A stretch of 64,000 bases of DNA, taken from positions 1,376,001-1,440,000 of the forward strand of contig CAWFXA010000002.1 in assembly GCA_963819655.1 (NCBI GenBank), in the 5' to 3' direction. The notes under the pieces are model-generated. The model made no database searches. It was not told the DNA's origin and saw only the letters and a program-made list of their open reading frames with translations. The position numbers and the translations under genes were made by a program. The DNA comes from an uncultured Chloroflexia bacterium. GTDB lineage: Bacteria > Chloroflexota > Limnocylindria > Limnocylindrales > CSP1-4. Positions 10,072 to 22,300 of this stretch are shown here, one piece after another. Within the stretch, counting starts at the first letter, position 1; each line of letters opens with the position of its first letter.

Positions 10072-10343
10072 CACTGGCCTCGTTCTGTCATGGACGTCCC
10101 ATGCCGGCGGCCGCAGCGGCACGGAGGCGGGAGGGATACACGCCCAGCTGTCAGTGAACCTTGCAGAGCGCGACGAACGTCGGATCGCGGGGTCGAGTCC
10201 GCGGTCCCCTTTCCGTGCTGCTACCATCTCGCTCGCTGCGAACCTGACGCGTGGAGCGCGACCTCGGTCCCCCTCCTGGGCGTTAGGCGAACCAGCCCAT
10301 CGACACCGACCTATGGGGTCGCTCGCGAAGGAGATGTTTCGTC

Positions 10344-12287
10344 ATGTTTCGAGTCGAGAACGCCGACTTCATCGCGGATAAGCTCGCTGCAGAACTACTC
10401 CCATACCAGGAGTACCGCGAGGCTTACAAGAATTCCGAGGAAGCCATCCAGCGTCGGATGGGCCTCGACGGATCCACGTCCAATGGCCGAGTCGAGTTTG
10501 ACGTGGATTGGGCCCTCTTCACAGCCACAGGGAACTGGTATCTCTCGTGCTCGGACAACGGTGATGGCATGTCTCGAGTCGAGTTGACGCGATACATGAC
10601 CACATTGGCCGTGCGCGGCGCCGGCAACAACCAGGGCCTCACAGGGAACCAGGGAATGGGCCTGAAGATCAGCGGTCCTACCCGCCACAAGCGAGGCGTC
10701 CTCATCCGAACGATGAGGGACGGGGAACGCTGGATGCTCCAGATCGGTTGGAACGGTGAGAATTATGCCCTGATACCGCTCGGTCCCGAGGGAGAGGTCG
10801 TTGTCCCGGTGCCCGAGAGCATGTTCCCTGGCTTCACTCGCGACCAGGCTTCGGGGACGGTCGTTACCTTCCTCGGCAATTCGGATGACGACAACACCTT
10901 CAGTCCGAACGACCGCCCGCGTGGATGGATGTTCAAGTACTTAAACCAACGATTTCACCGCTTGTCGGATGGGAGTGTGGACGTATTTGTCCGTGTGCCA
11001 ACGGGCGACGAGGACGAGTGGCCGCGTTCGCCGGAGGATGCCTCCGAGCGTCAGCGCGGCGCCGGCGGACGCACGTTCAATCTCTCGCGTGTGAAGGGAA
11101 CTGCAAATGTCTGGGATGACGCGGCGGACCGACAGGACGGTGGAAGCAATTCAGATAGTGAACATCGTGGATTTGTAGACCTGTCCGGCGACGCTGCAGC
11201 TGACATACCCGCCGCGAGGCTCCACTGGTGGGTGCTCCCCGCCGGCGCAGGGTCTGACGTGTCGTCCAGAACCTCGAGTGGTGGCAGTCTGGCGGTGCTG
11301 TTCCAGAACGAGCTACATGACTGGCGAACGTCCGGTCAAGCGAACCCATTCTTCGCGCGCCTCGGAGTCCTGTACGGAAAGACCCGGATCGCGTTCATTC
11401 TTGAGCCGCTTGGTGGCACCATCGCCTCCGATTTCGCGCGCGCTCACGTCCTTGTTGGCGGCCGACCTGTGTTCGAGAGCGACGCCTGGCTCACATGGTC
11501 GGAGCAGTTCCGGGCCGCCATGCCTGAAGAAATTCGCCGAACGATGGCGGAGGAGCAGGCACGTATCCAGGAGGAGGATCCTGAACGCGCCCGTCGGATC
11601 CGCGATCGACTTAAGGACGTCTTGCAGTTGCTGCGGCCACGCCGCTTTCGACGCGACGACCGCGGGAATGCTCGTGCAACGGGTCCCGTTGTGACGGGCG
11701 CGGGCGCAGGTTCTGGGTCCGTTACCGAACGCGCGGGGACTGGCCGTCGGCGTGGTACACAAGCACGAGGAATCGGCGCCGTGCTCAGTCAGCTCGACGG
11801 CCAGGACAGCGAGGTCGCCAGCGAGGTGTACTCCATGCTTCACCTCGACCCACGGTGGGTGACTGAGGCGGAGGCGGAGGACTTTCCGATTGTCAACGGC
11901 AATGGAATCGGTTTGAAGGATCGCGCTGCCGCAGTGGCTGGTGAGGACGGGGCAACCGCGGGGATCCTGCTACTCAACCGTGATTTTCGCGGATACCAAG
12001 CGATTCTCGCCGCCGTCAACGATTGGGCCAATCCTGATGGCGATGAATCAAAGGCGCACGTCATCGAGGACGTCGCGCGCGAGTGGATCGAGCAGAAGAT
12101 GGTCGAAGCCGTCTCGGGACTGCGGCAGCTTGAGAATGGATCGACTTGGTTGCCAGGCAATTACGATGATGCGTTGAGCCCCATGGCTTTGACAGCCGTC
12201 TTCATGGCCGACCGCTACCACACCCTTCGGGAGGTGCGTCGCCAGGCAGGCTCGTTCCGCGCCCCAGCGACATCGGCTCCTGCGTAG
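10344..12287 (+). CDS. GHKL (MORC/HSP90-like) ATPase with uncharacterised C-terminal region
   Basis: REAYKNSEEA, SDNGDGM, GNQGMGLK and GTVVTF GHKL motifs; AAGGAG RBS; codon usage less GC-biased than flanks. Confidence 0.8.
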   Translation: MFRVENADFIADKLAAELLPYQEYREAYKNSEEAIQRRMGLDGSTSNGRVEFDVDWALFTATGNWYLSCSDNGDGMSRVELTRYMTTLAVRGAGNNQGLTGNQGMGLKISGPTRHKRGVLIRTMRDGERWMLQIGWNGENYALIPLGPEGEVVVPVPESMFPGFTRDQASGTVVTFLGNSDDDNTFSPNDRPRGWMFKYLNQRFHRLSDGSVDVFVRVPTGDEDEWPRSPEDASERQRGAGGRTFNLSRVKGTANVWDDAADRQDGGSNSDSEHRGFVDLSGDAAADIPAARLHWWVLPAGAGSDVSSRTSSGGSLAVLFQNELHDWRTSGQANPFFARLGVLYGKTRIAFILEPLGGTIASDFARAHVLVGGRPVFESDAWLTWSEQFRAAMPEEIRRTMAEEQARIQEEDPERARRIRDRLKDVLQLLRPRRFRRDDRGNARATGPVVTGAGAGSGSVTERAGTGRRRGTQARGIGAVLSQLDGQDSEVASEVYSMLHLDPRWVTEAEAEDFPIVNGNGIGLKDRAAAVAGEDGATAGILLLNRDFRGYQAILAAVNDWANPDGDESKAHVIEDVAREWIEQKMVEAVSGLRQLENGSTWLPGNYDDALSPMALTAVFMADRYHTLREVRRQAGSFRAPATSAPA

Positions 12288-12297
12288 AAGGAGTGCC

Positions 12298-12777
12298 CTA
12301 GGAAGTCCTAGGCACAGGTCCGGCATCGACGGCCTGCATAACCTCTCGGACCGCTTCCTTTGGGTCCGTGTGCTCCCAGAATCTAAGAATGGTCCACCCA
12401 TGAGCCCGCAATTTGTTTTCGGTGTCTATGTCTCGACGGCGATTGGCTTCGATCTTGGCTTGCCACCATTTCGAATTCGCCTTGGGAGATGACCCATGCT
12501 CTGGACATCCGTGCCAGAAGCATCCGTCGATAGAGATCGCAACCCTGCTGGACATGATCACGAAGTCCAGCCGACGTCGGGGTACGAAATCGAGGGTGAC
12601 CTGAGCCTCGACGGCTACGTCAGCACTGCTGAGCACTGACGCCCAAGCGATCTCCGGAGCAGTCCCACTCCGTCGCACAGCGAGCATCCTTGAGCGAGCA
12701 GCCTCCGACGACGCGCGTGGTCGCGCGTCTCGCTGAGGTCGTCGCCGCGGCTGCCGCGCGGACAGCCCTCTGGCCAT
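12298..12777 (-). CDS. vsr: Very short patch repair endonuclease (annotated ORF is fused to the upstream gene)
   Basis: RSRMLAVRRSGTAPE...DGCFWHGCPEH...KWWQAKIEANRRRD...GWTILRFWEH. Own ATG at 12777. Confidence 0.85.
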   Translation of the reverse strand: MARGLSARQPRRRPQRDARPRASSEAARSRMLAVRRSGTAPEIAWASVLSSADVAVEAQVTLDFVPRRRLDFVIMSSRVAISIDGCFWHGCPEHGSSPKANSKWWQAKIEANRRRDIDTENKLRAHGWTILRFWEHTDPKEAVREVMQAVDAGPVPRTS

Positions 12778-14739
12778 CAGAGCCCGCTCAAGAATGTTGG
12801 CGATCCGGGACAGACGGTCGTTGGCCGCAATGTAGTCGGCGTAACTCTCCTGAGACTCCTGGATTAGGGCGTCGTAGGTAATCCAGGAGGCGCCAATCGT
12901 TCGGAGGACATCGGTCACGGTTTTGAGATCGGCTCCCGTTGGAGGGCCACCTACAACAGCGATCAGCCGGATTTCTTGTGGCTCATTGGGGTATTTCTCT
13001 CGAAGCACCTTCGCAAGTGCCGAGCCATATTTGTTGAGTTGTTCGGAGAGGTCCCAGACCGTCGTTTTCGTGCCATAGCGCTTCAATTCGATCACGATGT
13101 TCGTCCCGGCCGCAGTGCGATATCGGATATCAATTCGGCCGGCGCGCTCGTCGGGGCTGAGCCTGTCCGTGACCTTTCTGAACTCCCTCATGACGCTCTG
13201 CTCTATACGAGCATTCGTGGATGCGCGCTCCCAAGAAGGATGTAACAGCCACAAGTGATCGAACAAGAAAGCCTGGAGCGCCCTTTCCTTGGCGTTGGCG
13301 TCGACTAAACCAGCGAAGCTCTCAATCACACCAAGTCGGCCGCGAACAATTTGGTGGTACTCAGCGGCCTCCAAGTCATCGATGGACAGAACCAGGCCTC
13401 GCAGAGCGTCGACCTCGAGGCGGTCGCCCAATTCGCCAGTCCGGATCAGGAGCTTCTGGAACTTGAGCTTTTCAAATCCCAGGATTCCGTACCTGTAGAG
13501 CTCGCGCCGCGCGTCGTCGTCCTGCTTGGGAAATGAGCCAATACGGCCGAACAAGTCTTTCGCGAAGCTCTGACTCCCCGCATCGAGCGTTTCGTACCAC
13601 TCAGTAACAACAGGATGCTCGAGAGCCTTGCCGAGAGCATCCTCCTTTCGCCATTGACCCCAAGCGTTCTCCACGCGCCTAAGGAGATCCGTCCTGACGA
13701 AGTTCCGCAGCGCCTGGTACCGAGGGTCGGTCTCTTTCAGGCGTTGTCTGTCGCTGGTCGCTATGTCGGGCTGGCCGTCCGAATCGACGAAGTCGGCTCG
13801 TATCTCGCCCATGAGATACTTGGTGTAAATGCCGCCCGCTCGGATGTCGGACAGGATGTCCTCCTGGACTAGCTTTCCCCAAGCAAGAATGGTCACGGCC
13901 GTGTTCTCGTCGTCGACACCACGTTGCTCGTCCAGGGTTCCTATCCAGCCCGTTACCTCAAGTCCAGTTGTGGGGTCAATGATTCCCGATATGCGCTCAG
14001 CCTTCTTGGCATTTGTGCACAGCCTTTCGTACGTGTCATCGACACGCCCGATTGACCAGAGGTACTCAACCTTAGGGAAGTAATCACGATCTCCGACACC
14101 GATTGCGCGCCCGTTGATTTGGACCTCGAATCGGTTTGACGGCCCAATGATGCTGAACCGCCTTGCCAGGCGGCGGCGAAGCGCAACCTCGGTAGCCGCA
14201 CCAAGGTTCAACCGCAGCTGCCGCAGGCGAAGCTCGGTACCCCTCTCCAGCCCAATTGAAGTAGGCGCGATCGGGGCAGGTCGGTAGGAGGTTTGACCCG
14301 CGGCAATTTGCGATTCGACGTCGGCCGTCCGGAGAATCAAACCCGCTCTGGCAATTCGAAATGACCTCCCGCGGCCGGAGCGCTTTGCGCTGCGGACCTC
14401 GATCTCGTTGGCGATCGCGAAGAGCGACAGCTTGCCAATACCTTTGCGACCCATGACATGCCGCTGGTACTTGGGCGTCAGCGCACCCTGGTTCGCCCTC
14501 CGGCGGTAACCGATCATCAGAAAACGGTCGTTCAGATCGGCCTCGGACATCCCATGTCCGTCATCCGTAATCGTGATGGATTGACGTGCCGTGTCGAGAA
14601 CAATGGTCACGAGAGTGGCATCGGCATCCCAGGCATTTGCGACCACCTCCGCCAAAACTGCGGGGATGTTGCTGTAGAGGTTCAGTCCAAGGTGCTCAAG
14701 CACATTCAGGCTTAGCCGCATCTCGTACGGCGAAATCAC
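12776..14739 (-). CDS. GHKL-ATPase-fused restriction endonuclease, BbrUII/HgiDII-like family
   Basis: LSLNVLEHLGLNLYSNIPAVLAEVVANAWDADA, DDGHGM, MGRKGIGKLSLF; C-terminal GRIDI...VVIELKR PD-(D/E)XK motif; adjacent to a C5 MTase. Confidence 0.8.
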
Positions 14740-15909
14740 GCGTCCGCGCCTTGGTTGAGGGCCACGAGGAGGGAGGTGGTCAGTGCCTCCGAAAGGAAGG
14801 GTGGAACCGCATTGCCAATGAGCCTAGAAAGAGAAGTGCGGTGCTCGACCTGTGAAAACGTCACAAAATCAGGGATGCACTGGAGTCGGGCGGCCTCATG
14901 CGGCGTCAAGGTTCTCGGCGCCTCGGGGTGGACATATCGACCTTGACCCATTGAGCCGAAGCCGGACGTGACGGTCTGCGCAGGGGCGGCCCATTCCAAC
15001 CGGCCGTACATACTTTTGTATGAGTGACTGCTGCGGTGGCAAGCGGGACGCAGTCGGTTAGGAAGATCCAATTCTCCGCTTAGGTCAAGCCACCGGATCC
15101 GCCGACGATTTGTATGAGAGACAGTGGCGGGTTCGTCCCTCCTTTCCGTTGAGGGAATTCCGGCCAGATCGCCGATTGCCCACCGCACCGTTCGTCGAAT
15201 CGTCACATTCCCTATCGAATCGAGCACCTTTTGTGGATCGATAGTTTCGACCCGCGAAGCCAACAACACGTGTCGACGCCGTGACTGGGGAACACCAACA
15301 TCGAGAAGTCGGATGACACGCTCTGCGACGGTGTATCCACTGCCCTTGAGAATTTGCGTCGTCCTGCCAATCGAATCGTGTGCATCGTGTACCACGGCCG
15401 GCACATTCTCGATGATGACAGCCCGGGGTTTGAGCACTAGCGCTGCTCGCGCCATTGCGACGTAGAGGCCGTTTCGTGGGTCATCACGTCGGGTGTGATT
15501 GTTTAGATCGGAGTGACCCTGACACGGTGGACCGCCGACGAGGAGATCCACTCGCCCGACGCGGTCTGCGAGCGCACGCTCGGTTTGTGTTTGCGGCTCC
15601 GTGCCTTGGCCAGGGAAGATTTCCTGAACAGACGTCTTCAGGACGGTGGCCGAGGGGAAGACGGATTTATAGACAGCGACAGCGTCTGGATCCAGGTCAA
15701 CTGCGAGGCGAGTATCAATGCCGGTTGCCATTCGGTTTGCTGCGCGGGCGACTCCAAGCGACAAGCCACCGCAACCACAGAAGAGGTCTACGAGGGCGAG
15801 CCGTTGAATGCCCTCGGTAAAGTCAGGAAGTCGATTTCACGAAGAAAGAGCCTGTCGAGTCGACAGGCTCTTCCTGATCAAACGGCAGCTCGAGCGCCGC
15901 TTCCATCAT
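14736..15909 (-). CDS. dcm: DNA (cytosine-5) methyltransferase, 5' end frameshifted near 15836
   Basis: Motif I LVDLFCGCGG lies upstream of the called TTG. GGPPCQGHS, IENVP, GVPQSRRR, RTLTPHEAARLQ and IGNAVPP are present. Removing one A from GTGAAAT restores starts at 15840/15909. Confidence 0.9.
15846..15872. promoter_or_regulatory. Perfect 27-nt palindrome containing GTCGAC
   Basis: AAGAGCCTGTCGA-G-TCGACAGGCTCTT. On the minus strand the stem runs into TTTCTTC. Confidence 0.55.
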
Positions 15910-15946
15910 CCCTTGGAGAGCATAGCCGCTGGTCGTGCACAGCCGA

Positions 15947-19079
<3,133 letters not shown>

Positions 19080-19264
19080 TCTGCTGTCTCCTCACCTCAT
19101 CCGCGGTAGCTGCCGCACGGTCGTTGTCGTGTCGTTCGTCGAGGTCCCTGGGGCGGCTCGCCGTTGTGTCCACGGGGACGGCAAGAGCGTCAGGTCGGGC
19201 GTTCTCAAGCGATGATTGCGACTCTCGAACGATACGCTTCGAGGGGTCGAGAGTCAAGCCCTAA

Positions 19265-19313
19265 ACACAAGATGTAGTGGTCGTGCTGCGTGGCCGACCG
19301 CTAGATGTGGTGG
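19265..19313. promoter_or_regulatory. Tandem NrdR boxes
   Basis: ACACAAGATGTAGTGG (19265-19280) and CCGCTAGATGTGGTGG (19298-19313) match acaCwAtATaTwGtgt, are 33 bp apart, and lie upstream of nrdJ. Confidence 0.85.
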
Positions 19314-19319
19314 TTTGGC

Positions 19320-19426
19320 CATTTCCACGCACGATCGTACCTGGTCCACGTTCCGCGGCGGGTTGTCCACGTGCGGGTGGTGCCGTGTCCACGGTGCGTG
19401 GGCGGGTTGTGCACTGGGTTTCCACC
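19320..19426 (+). promoter_or_regulatory. Helically phased DnaA-box-like array
   Basis: TCCAC/TGCAC cores at 19324, 19345, 19366, 19388, 19410 and 19421, including TTGTCCACG. Confidence 0.5.
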
Positions 19427-19505
19427 GTACCGTAACAGAACATGTGTGCGGTTTTGAGCGGTTCGCGGCTCGGGCGCGGCGGATCCACCGGGCCGCGGTG
19501 GCCCG

Positions 19506-19547
19506 GTGCCCGCGGCCCGGCCCGACGTGCCCGCGGCCCGGCCCGAC
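19506..19547 (+). repeat. 21-bp tandem duplication
   Basis: GTGCCCGCGGCCCGGCCCGAC x2. Confidence 0.85.
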
Positions 19548-19557
19548 GTCCGCGAGT

Positions 19558-19725
19558 CCGCCAGATACTCGCCGGGGGAGTCTTCGGCGGCCTTCGTGGC
19601 CGCTTGAGGCTTCCGATACGGGATGCGCGTGCACGCGGAGCACGCCGCGGCGCTTGGGATCGGCCAATCCGACCCCCGATGGGCCCAATTCCGCGCCCAA
19701 GACTCCGGGGGCGAGTAATTGGCGG
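19558..19725. repeat. Family A inverted-repeat doublet (REPIN/MITE-like), 168 nt
   Basis: CCGCCAGATACTCGCCGGGGGAGTCTTCGGCG (19558-19589) and inverted copy CCGCCAATTACTCGCCCCCGGAGTCTTGGGCG (19725-19694). Confidence 0.85.
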
Positions 19726-19753
19726 GTAAGAGCCCCGGCTCACTATCGGGCAG

Positions 19754-20478
19754 ATGGAAGACATGCGGTTCGGAGCCACGATCCGGGCGGTACGCATCAA
19801 GCGCGGCTGGCGCCAGACTGACCTGGCCGCGAAGGCGGGAGTCTCGCAGGCCACGGTCTGGCGAGCGGAACGCGGTCACATCCCAGAGATGACCTTGGCC
19901 GCGATCCGCCAAGCTGGCGGCCGCACTCGAGATCCGCGTCGAGCTGCTGCCGCGCGGCCGCGGCGCCGACCTCGATCGCCTCCTCAACGCGCGGCACTCG
20001 GCATTGCACGAGTCATTCGTTCGAGCCATCGCGCACGACTTCCCGGAGTGGGAGATGGCGTCCGAGGTGTCGTTCGCGATCTGGGCTGAGCGAGGCGTGA
20101 TCGACCTGCTCTTGTGGCACCCGGGCCGGCGGGCACTGCTGATCATCGAGTTCAAGACCGAGCTCGTCGACGTCGGTGAACTGCTGGGCACGATGGATCG
20201 TCGGCGGCGGCTCGCGCACGAGATCGCCCAGCAACGTGGCTGGGTCCCGAGGATCCGTTTCGACCTGGGTCGTCCTCGCCGCGTCACGCACGAACGAGAG
20301 GCGGATCGCCGAACACCGCACGGTGCTTCGGAATGCCTACCCGGCCGACGGTCGCAGGATGCGGCGATGGCTTCGGGATCCGGAAGGCCCGATCGCAGCT
20401 CTCACGACTTGGGCGGAGACGACTCGAGGATCGACCGCTCCGGTCCGGCGAGTTCGGCGGGCCGCGCGGAACACGTGA
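19754..20478 (+). CDS. XRE-family HTH fused to PD-(D/E)XK nuclease-like domain (two frameshifts, about 19910 and 20252)
   Basis: IRAVRIKRGWRQTDLAAKAGVSQATVWRAERG, then EVSFAIWAERGVIDLLLWHPGRRALLIIEFKT. Colinear with the intact paralogue at 44520-45266. Confidence 0.8.
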
Positions 20479-20489
20479 TGGTCATAAGG

Positions 20490-20679
20490 CCGTCAAATAC
20501 TCGCCCCGGGAGTCTTCGGCGCGCAGTCGGGGCGCAGTCGGCGCGCAGTCGGGGCGTTCGCGGCTAACAGGGAGCGTGACTCGTGCGTGAGTTGAGCCCT
20601 GGCAGGCCCGTGAACCGTGGCTGGGGGGTTCACCTCGCCAGATTCCGCGCCTAAGACTCCCAGGATGGGTATCTGGCGG
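20490..20679. repeat. Family A inverted-repeat doublet, 190 nt
   Basis: CCGTCAAATACTCGCCCCGGGAGTCTTCGGCG (20490-20521) and inverted CCGCCAGATACCCATCCTGGGAGTCTTAGGCG (20679-20648); internal GCGCAGTCGG x3. Confidence 0.85.
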
Positions 20680-20801
20680 AGTTTGAGGCCGCGCGGCGGA
20701 GCCCGAGGCCGCAGAGCGGGACCGCGGAGCGGCCGGAGGCGCGCGGAGTCCGAGGCCGCAGGCGGCCGCGGGTACGGGCGTCCGATCCAGCGTCGCCCGG
20801 A

Positions 20802-21116
20802 TCAATCGAGGTGGAAGACCTCCTCGAGACGTTGGTGGAACCCCGTCGCAGGATCGGTCAGCGGGTCGATCAATGCCGCCATCTCGGCTTGCCAGCGGGC
20901 GTTGATCGGGCTGGCGGCCATCGACGCCCGGAACGCCGCGAAGTCGTCGACGACGAGGTAGGCGAACAAGTCGTCCCCCCGGATGAAGATCGAGTAGTCG
21001 CGGCAGCCAGCGGCCTTCAGTGCCGCGAGCATCTCCGGCCAGACCGCCGCGTGGCGCCGGCGGTATTCGGCTTCCTGGCCAGGCAGGAGCCGCATCGTGA
21101 ACCCCACTCGTTCCAT
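20802..21116 (-). CDS. rhaM: L-rhamnose mutarotase
   Basis: MERVGFTMRLLPGQEAEYRRRHAAVWPEM...LEEVFHLD; GGAGGAGG RBS. Confidence 0.92.
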   Translation of the reverse strand: MERVGFTMRLLPGQEAEYRRRHAAVWPEMLAALKAAGCRDYSIFIRGDDLFAYLVVDDFAAFRASMAASPINARWQAEMAALIDPLTDPATGFHQRLEEVFHLD

Positions 21117-21204
21117 CGATCCTCCTCCCGAATCGGTGAGCCCCGGAAGCAGACGCCTCCGGGGCTCGGACTGCCGTTGGAGGACGGCAGGCGGCGAAGA
21201 CGAT

Positions 21205-22284
21205 CTAGAAGTTGAAATCGTCGATGTTCTCCGGGGTGAACTCGAAGGGCGGGCCGAGGATGACGACGCTCTTCTCCCCGATCGTGTAGGGCTGGTCGTT
21301 GTTGAGGCCGGGGACGCTGAACGTCTCGCCGGGGGCTCCGGTGATCTCGCCGTTGACGAGCTTCGCCGCGACGTAGTAGGCGAGGTAGCCAAGATCCGGG
21401 ACGCTCCACAGGCCGAACTTCGGCGTGGTTCCGTCCTTGACGAAAGCCTTCATGTCGTTCGGCAGCCCGAGGCCGGTGACCTTGACGGCGCTGCCCGCTT
21501 GCTTCACGACCTGCGCGGCCGCGAGGATGCCGACGGTCGTCGGCGCCACGATGACCTTCAGGTTCGGGTACTTCTGGAGCAGGCCGTTGGCCTCGGTCGT
21601 GCTCTTCGTGGCGTCATCGTCGCCGTAGACGGTCTCGACGAGCTTGAGGTTCGCGAACTTCGGGTCCTTGAGCGCGGTCTCCATGTCGGCGATCCAGGCG
21701 TTCTGGTTCGTCGCCGTCGCTGTGGCGGACAGGATCGCGATCTCGCCGGTGCAGTCGGTCGCGAGGTCGCAGGCCCATTGGGCCAAAGCTCCGCCGATGA
21801 GGCTGAAGTCGGTCTGGTTGACGAAGACGTCGTAGGCGCCTTCGGCCGGGCTGGAGTCGTACCCGACGACCTTGATGCCGGCGTCCTTGGCAGCCTTCAG
21901 GGACGGTGCGACCTCGTCGGCGCCCGTAGCGGACACGACGATGGCGCTATACCCCTGCGTGGTGGCGTCCTGGATGAACGGGATCTGCTCGGCCGCCGTG
22001 GAGCCTTGCGATCCGATCTGGGTGAACTTGCCGCCAAGTTCGGTTGCGGCCTTCTGGCCGCCCTCGGCGGCAGCGTCGAAGTACGGGTTGTTGACGGCCT
22101 TGGGGATGAACACGATGTTCAGATCACCGGCCGCGGCACTCCCCCCGGCAGATGCCGCGGCGCTCGGCGCAACGGATGCCGCCGCGCTCGGCGCCGCGCT
22201 CGAGCCCGGGCTCGAGCAGGCAGCGGCGAGCAATGCCGCGGCGGAGACCAGGGCGATGACGCGCCCGCTTCGTGTCGATGTCAC
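21205..22284 (-). CDS. rhaS: Rhamnose ABC transporter substrate-binding lipoprotein
   Basis: Lipobox LAAAC, FIPKAVNNPYF, VTGLGLPN, FGLWSVPDLGY; GAGGAGG RBS; cluster context. Confidence 0.9.
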   Translation of the reverse strand: MTSTRSGRVIALVSAAALLAAACSSPGSSAAPSAAASVAPSAAASAGGSAAAGDLNIVFIPKAVNNPYFDAAAEGGQKAATELGGKFTQIGSQGSTAAEQIPFIQDATTQGYSAIVVSATGADEVAPSLKAAKDAGIKVVGYDSSPAEGAYDVFVNQTDFSLIGGALAQWACDLATDCTGEIAILSATATATNQNAWIADMETALKDPKFANLKLVETVYGDDDATKSTTEANGLLQKYPNLKVIVAPTTVGILAAAQVVKQAGSAVKVTGLGLPNDMKAFVKDGTTPKFGLWSVPDLGYLAYYVAAKLVNGEITGAPGETFSVPGLNNDQPYTIGEKSVVILGPPFEFTPENIDDFNF

Positions 22285-22300
22285 TGGAAGACCTCCTCTG

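Noticed and set aside
12298-14739. Apparent novel GHKL-REase-Vsr fusion (813 aa)
   Set aside because: The junction reads GAG CGG G CTC TGA TG GCC. Removing one G from the GGG run gives ERL-stop overlapping the Vsr ATG (TGATG), a normal coupled pair. Given the indel rate in this window it is probably an artefact; check reads.
9790-15946. Island integrated at the tRNA-like gene
   Set aside because: No integrase, and I found no duplicated tRNA 3' end at the nrdJ side; the island also lies 5' of the tRNA-like sequence.
19438-19451. LexA-like box AGAACATGTGTGCG
   Set aside because: Only one good half-site (GAAC-N4-GTGC); too weak to call.
19558-20679. 32-nt repeats as a CRISPR array
   Set aside because: Units are inverted pairs more than 100 nt apart and degenerate, not direct repeats with uniform spacers; no cas genes.
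21138-21190. Hairpins after rhaS (and 36306-36340 after the other binding-protein gene)
   Set aside because: Ordinary mRNA-stabilising stems downstream of ABC substrate-binding genes.
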